Source: Octopus vulgaris
Lineage: Eukaryota
NCBI GenBank assembly: GCA_951406725.2
Contig: OX597817.1
Span: 79,298,001 to 79,362,000 of the forward strand
Direction: 5' to 3'
DNA length: 64,000 nt
The notes beneath the pieces are model-generated. The model was not told the DNA's origin. It saw only the letters and a program-made list of their open reading frames with translations, and did not search any database. A program made the position numbers and the translations under genes. Shown here piece by piece: positions 61,167-64,000 of this stretch (the stretch's first letter is position 1; each line of letters starts with the position of its first letter).

Positions 61167-61865
61167 TATTCCAAGAAAGTTAGAGGTTGTGAATCCAACC
61201 AACTAAGGGATAATATCTATTCAATATACTGCTGGTAGAATACCCAATTATTAATACACAAGTGTTTTTTTATTGCATGGCAATTACATTACCGAGTGTA
61301 CTAAATGGGTCAAGGTAAAGAGTTATTTTACCATTAATTCATAGAGCAATAAGAAAATGGAAGGGATCAATAGGTGGTTCATCAACTTTTAGACATTATA
61401 TTATGTCAACTTATTTATTTATTCACTAAAATGACAATTACAACAATATACATTCATGTATAACATATTATTTACATATATAATATATAACGATACCAGT
61501 AATTATTAAAATATATAACATACAGGAATAGAAATTGGGAAAATATCATTCACATATATATATATATTTATATATACACATATATATAGGTATATACATA
61601 CAAGACCTCTTATTCATGTGATTTTCTTGAGTCACCATCACAAATTGCTCATTTACAGCTGAGTGGAATGGAGCAATGGGAAATGAAGTGCTTTGCTCAA
61701 GAACACAATGTACAGCTGGCCTGGGAATTGAAACTATGATCTCACAATCATGAGTGCAACTCTCTAACCACCAGGCCACGCACCTTCACTACATACACAT
61801 AAACACACACACGCACAAATATACATGCACACACTCACAGACATATAAAGCTGTGTGTATGTGTG

Positions 61866-61897
<32 letters not shown>

Positions 61898-62609
61898 GGG
61901 GGGTGAGTGTGTGTATAGTTGTGAAGTCATGCCTGCAACTATACATAGATGTGCGTGCATGCATGGATGTATATGCTTCTATGTATGTATGTAGCATGTA
62001 TGTATATATATACGTATGTATATATATATGTATGTATATATATATGTATGTATGTATGTATTTATGGATGGCTGGCTGTATGTATGTATATCCACATGTA
62101 TATTTATGCAGTTACATTGTTAAAAATATTGGGGAGCAACCCAATCTAAATTCGTATCTATTAAAACAAATATCTATTAAATTTGATATTCAATTTAATA
62201 TCTATGAATATAAAGTGGGTTATTTCTCTACTATATGTAAATGTATGGCTGTATAGCTAAACTTATATTTCTGAAGTGATAAAAGTTAGGGCTCCTTCTT
62301 GAATCGTATAGACTCCTAGGATCAGTTTCTCCAGATTCTCTGGTATATATATATATATATATATTTATGTGTGCATGTGTGTGTGTATACATATATATAT
62401 ATATCTTATAATTAAGGGCTAAAGAAGGTTATTCTATAGCCAATACACTGATTTATCCACTTATAATCCACTTGTTACAGGAAAATTGAACTGAAAGCGG
62501 GCAGTTACCTTTAGAAAATTTAAATTTTGTTACTTCTATATTGAATCAATTTCGGAATTAATCCCTATAAAGGATATATTCTTATATATATATATAAATG
62601 TATATATAT

Positions 62610-62707
<98 letters not shown>

Positions 62708-63131
62708 CCAGATGGACTGAATGCTGTTCTGAAGCAGGATTACACATTTTTGCCTGCTTAAGGGACTAGACCAATGTGAAATGTTGAGTTTTGTTGAAGA
62801 GCACAATGAATCTCCTGGCCCAGGAATTGAAACCACAATCTTAGGATTATGAGTCCAACACCTTTACCACTCAGCGACACATCTCCACAACCCATATCTA
62901 TATAGTTGCGTTTGTTTGATTGATACTCTGGGCATTGATGGTGTATCAGAATCCAGTTGTAAGACCAACAAAATATCTTGCTCGTAAACTTAGCAATGTT
63001 TAATATAATGGCACCTGGAATGAAAAAGAATTCTACATTGTAAATTCTACACCACTGAAAACAGTTGGAAATTAAAGATGCCTATTTACTTCCTGCATGT
63101 CTGTGTATATATATATATATATATGTGCATG

Positions 63132-63192
<61 letters not shown>

Positions 63193-63309
63193 GTGTGTGT
63201 GTACATATGTGAGTGACATGGTGTGTATGTGTATGTGACTACTGACAGTTTGGATGGCTATGCATCTCAGTTCATATGGTCATGATTTTTAAACCTGACC
63301 ACAAACATA

Positions 63310-63379
<70 letters not shown>

Positions 63380-63620
63380 TTCTCTCTCTTTCTCCCTCTC
63401 TCTGCATTGTTTTGCCTTGTCTGTGCGAATCCTACCTCTCAGTGAAAGAAGCACATTCTGAACAACTAATATCACAAAAATGATGGCTTCTGCAAAACCT
63501 CTCCTACACTAGCTTACACAACGAATTATATGCAAAATAGCCATCTCTTTAGATGTGAAACAACCAACAAGTGGGCAATGTACTTGAGTAGCACAAGCTA
63601 TATGTCAAGAATTCAATTAC

Positions 63621-63813
63621 ATATCAGAGTGATTTTGTTTGATTTTTAGCACAATGCACTTGACTCTAAATTTCTGAATATTCCTTGTTTGTAAAGGTGA
63701 ATTCTTGCTTTCACTGGAAAGGTTTTTGTGACAAAAGAACATCCCCTTGCCAAATTGAAAAGAGCAATCTTCTACAAGGCTGTTAAGCTTGCAAGAAATA
63801 AGAAACAATTTCC
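63621..63813 (-). other. Possible spliced exon (193 nt) of an unidentified transcript
   Basis: Polypyrimidine tract ttttctcttttttcctctttCAG acceptor at 63814-63836, AT|gtaatt donor at 63620 and one open frame throughout; no recognisable protein. Confidence 0.3.
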
Positions 63814-64000
63814 CTGAAAGAGGAAAAAAGAGAAAATAATATAAATATATATATATACATTTTCACTCCTTTATTTGTTTCAGTCATTTGACTGCGGCCA
63901 TACTAGAGCACTGTCTCCTTAGTTAAACAAATCAACCCCAGCACTTATTCTTTGTAAGCCAAGTACTTATTCTGTCAGTCTCTTTTGCCAAACTGCTAGG

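Overview
AT-rich, microsatellite-dense eukaryotic non-coding DNA. The (TA)n/(TAA)n/(CA)n load and the SINE families suggest an octopus/cephalopod genome (inference from repeat style, not verified). Almost all ORF-track entries are translated microsatellites. The only long real ORF is a young, 5'-truncated Penelope-like retroelement (RT + C-terminal GIY-YIG, 51584-54445) inserted in the (TA)n tract of a SINE. There are also decayed Tc1/mariner, Helitron, R4/Dong, CR1, hAT- and piggyBac-type pieces and three abundant SINE-like families. The most notable signal is RNA-structural. Three identical, intact type I hammerhead ribozymes lie at 20405-20500 (-), 21795-21890 (-) and 21915-22010 (+), forming a head-to-head palindrome whose apex is also the breakpoint of a 1.39-kb tandem duplication. 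Several sequence-unrelated degenerate hammerheads occur elsewhere, and an 'asymmetric inverted pair inside (TA)n' architecture recurs five times. No host gene is confidently identified; one weak exon candidate lies near the right end.
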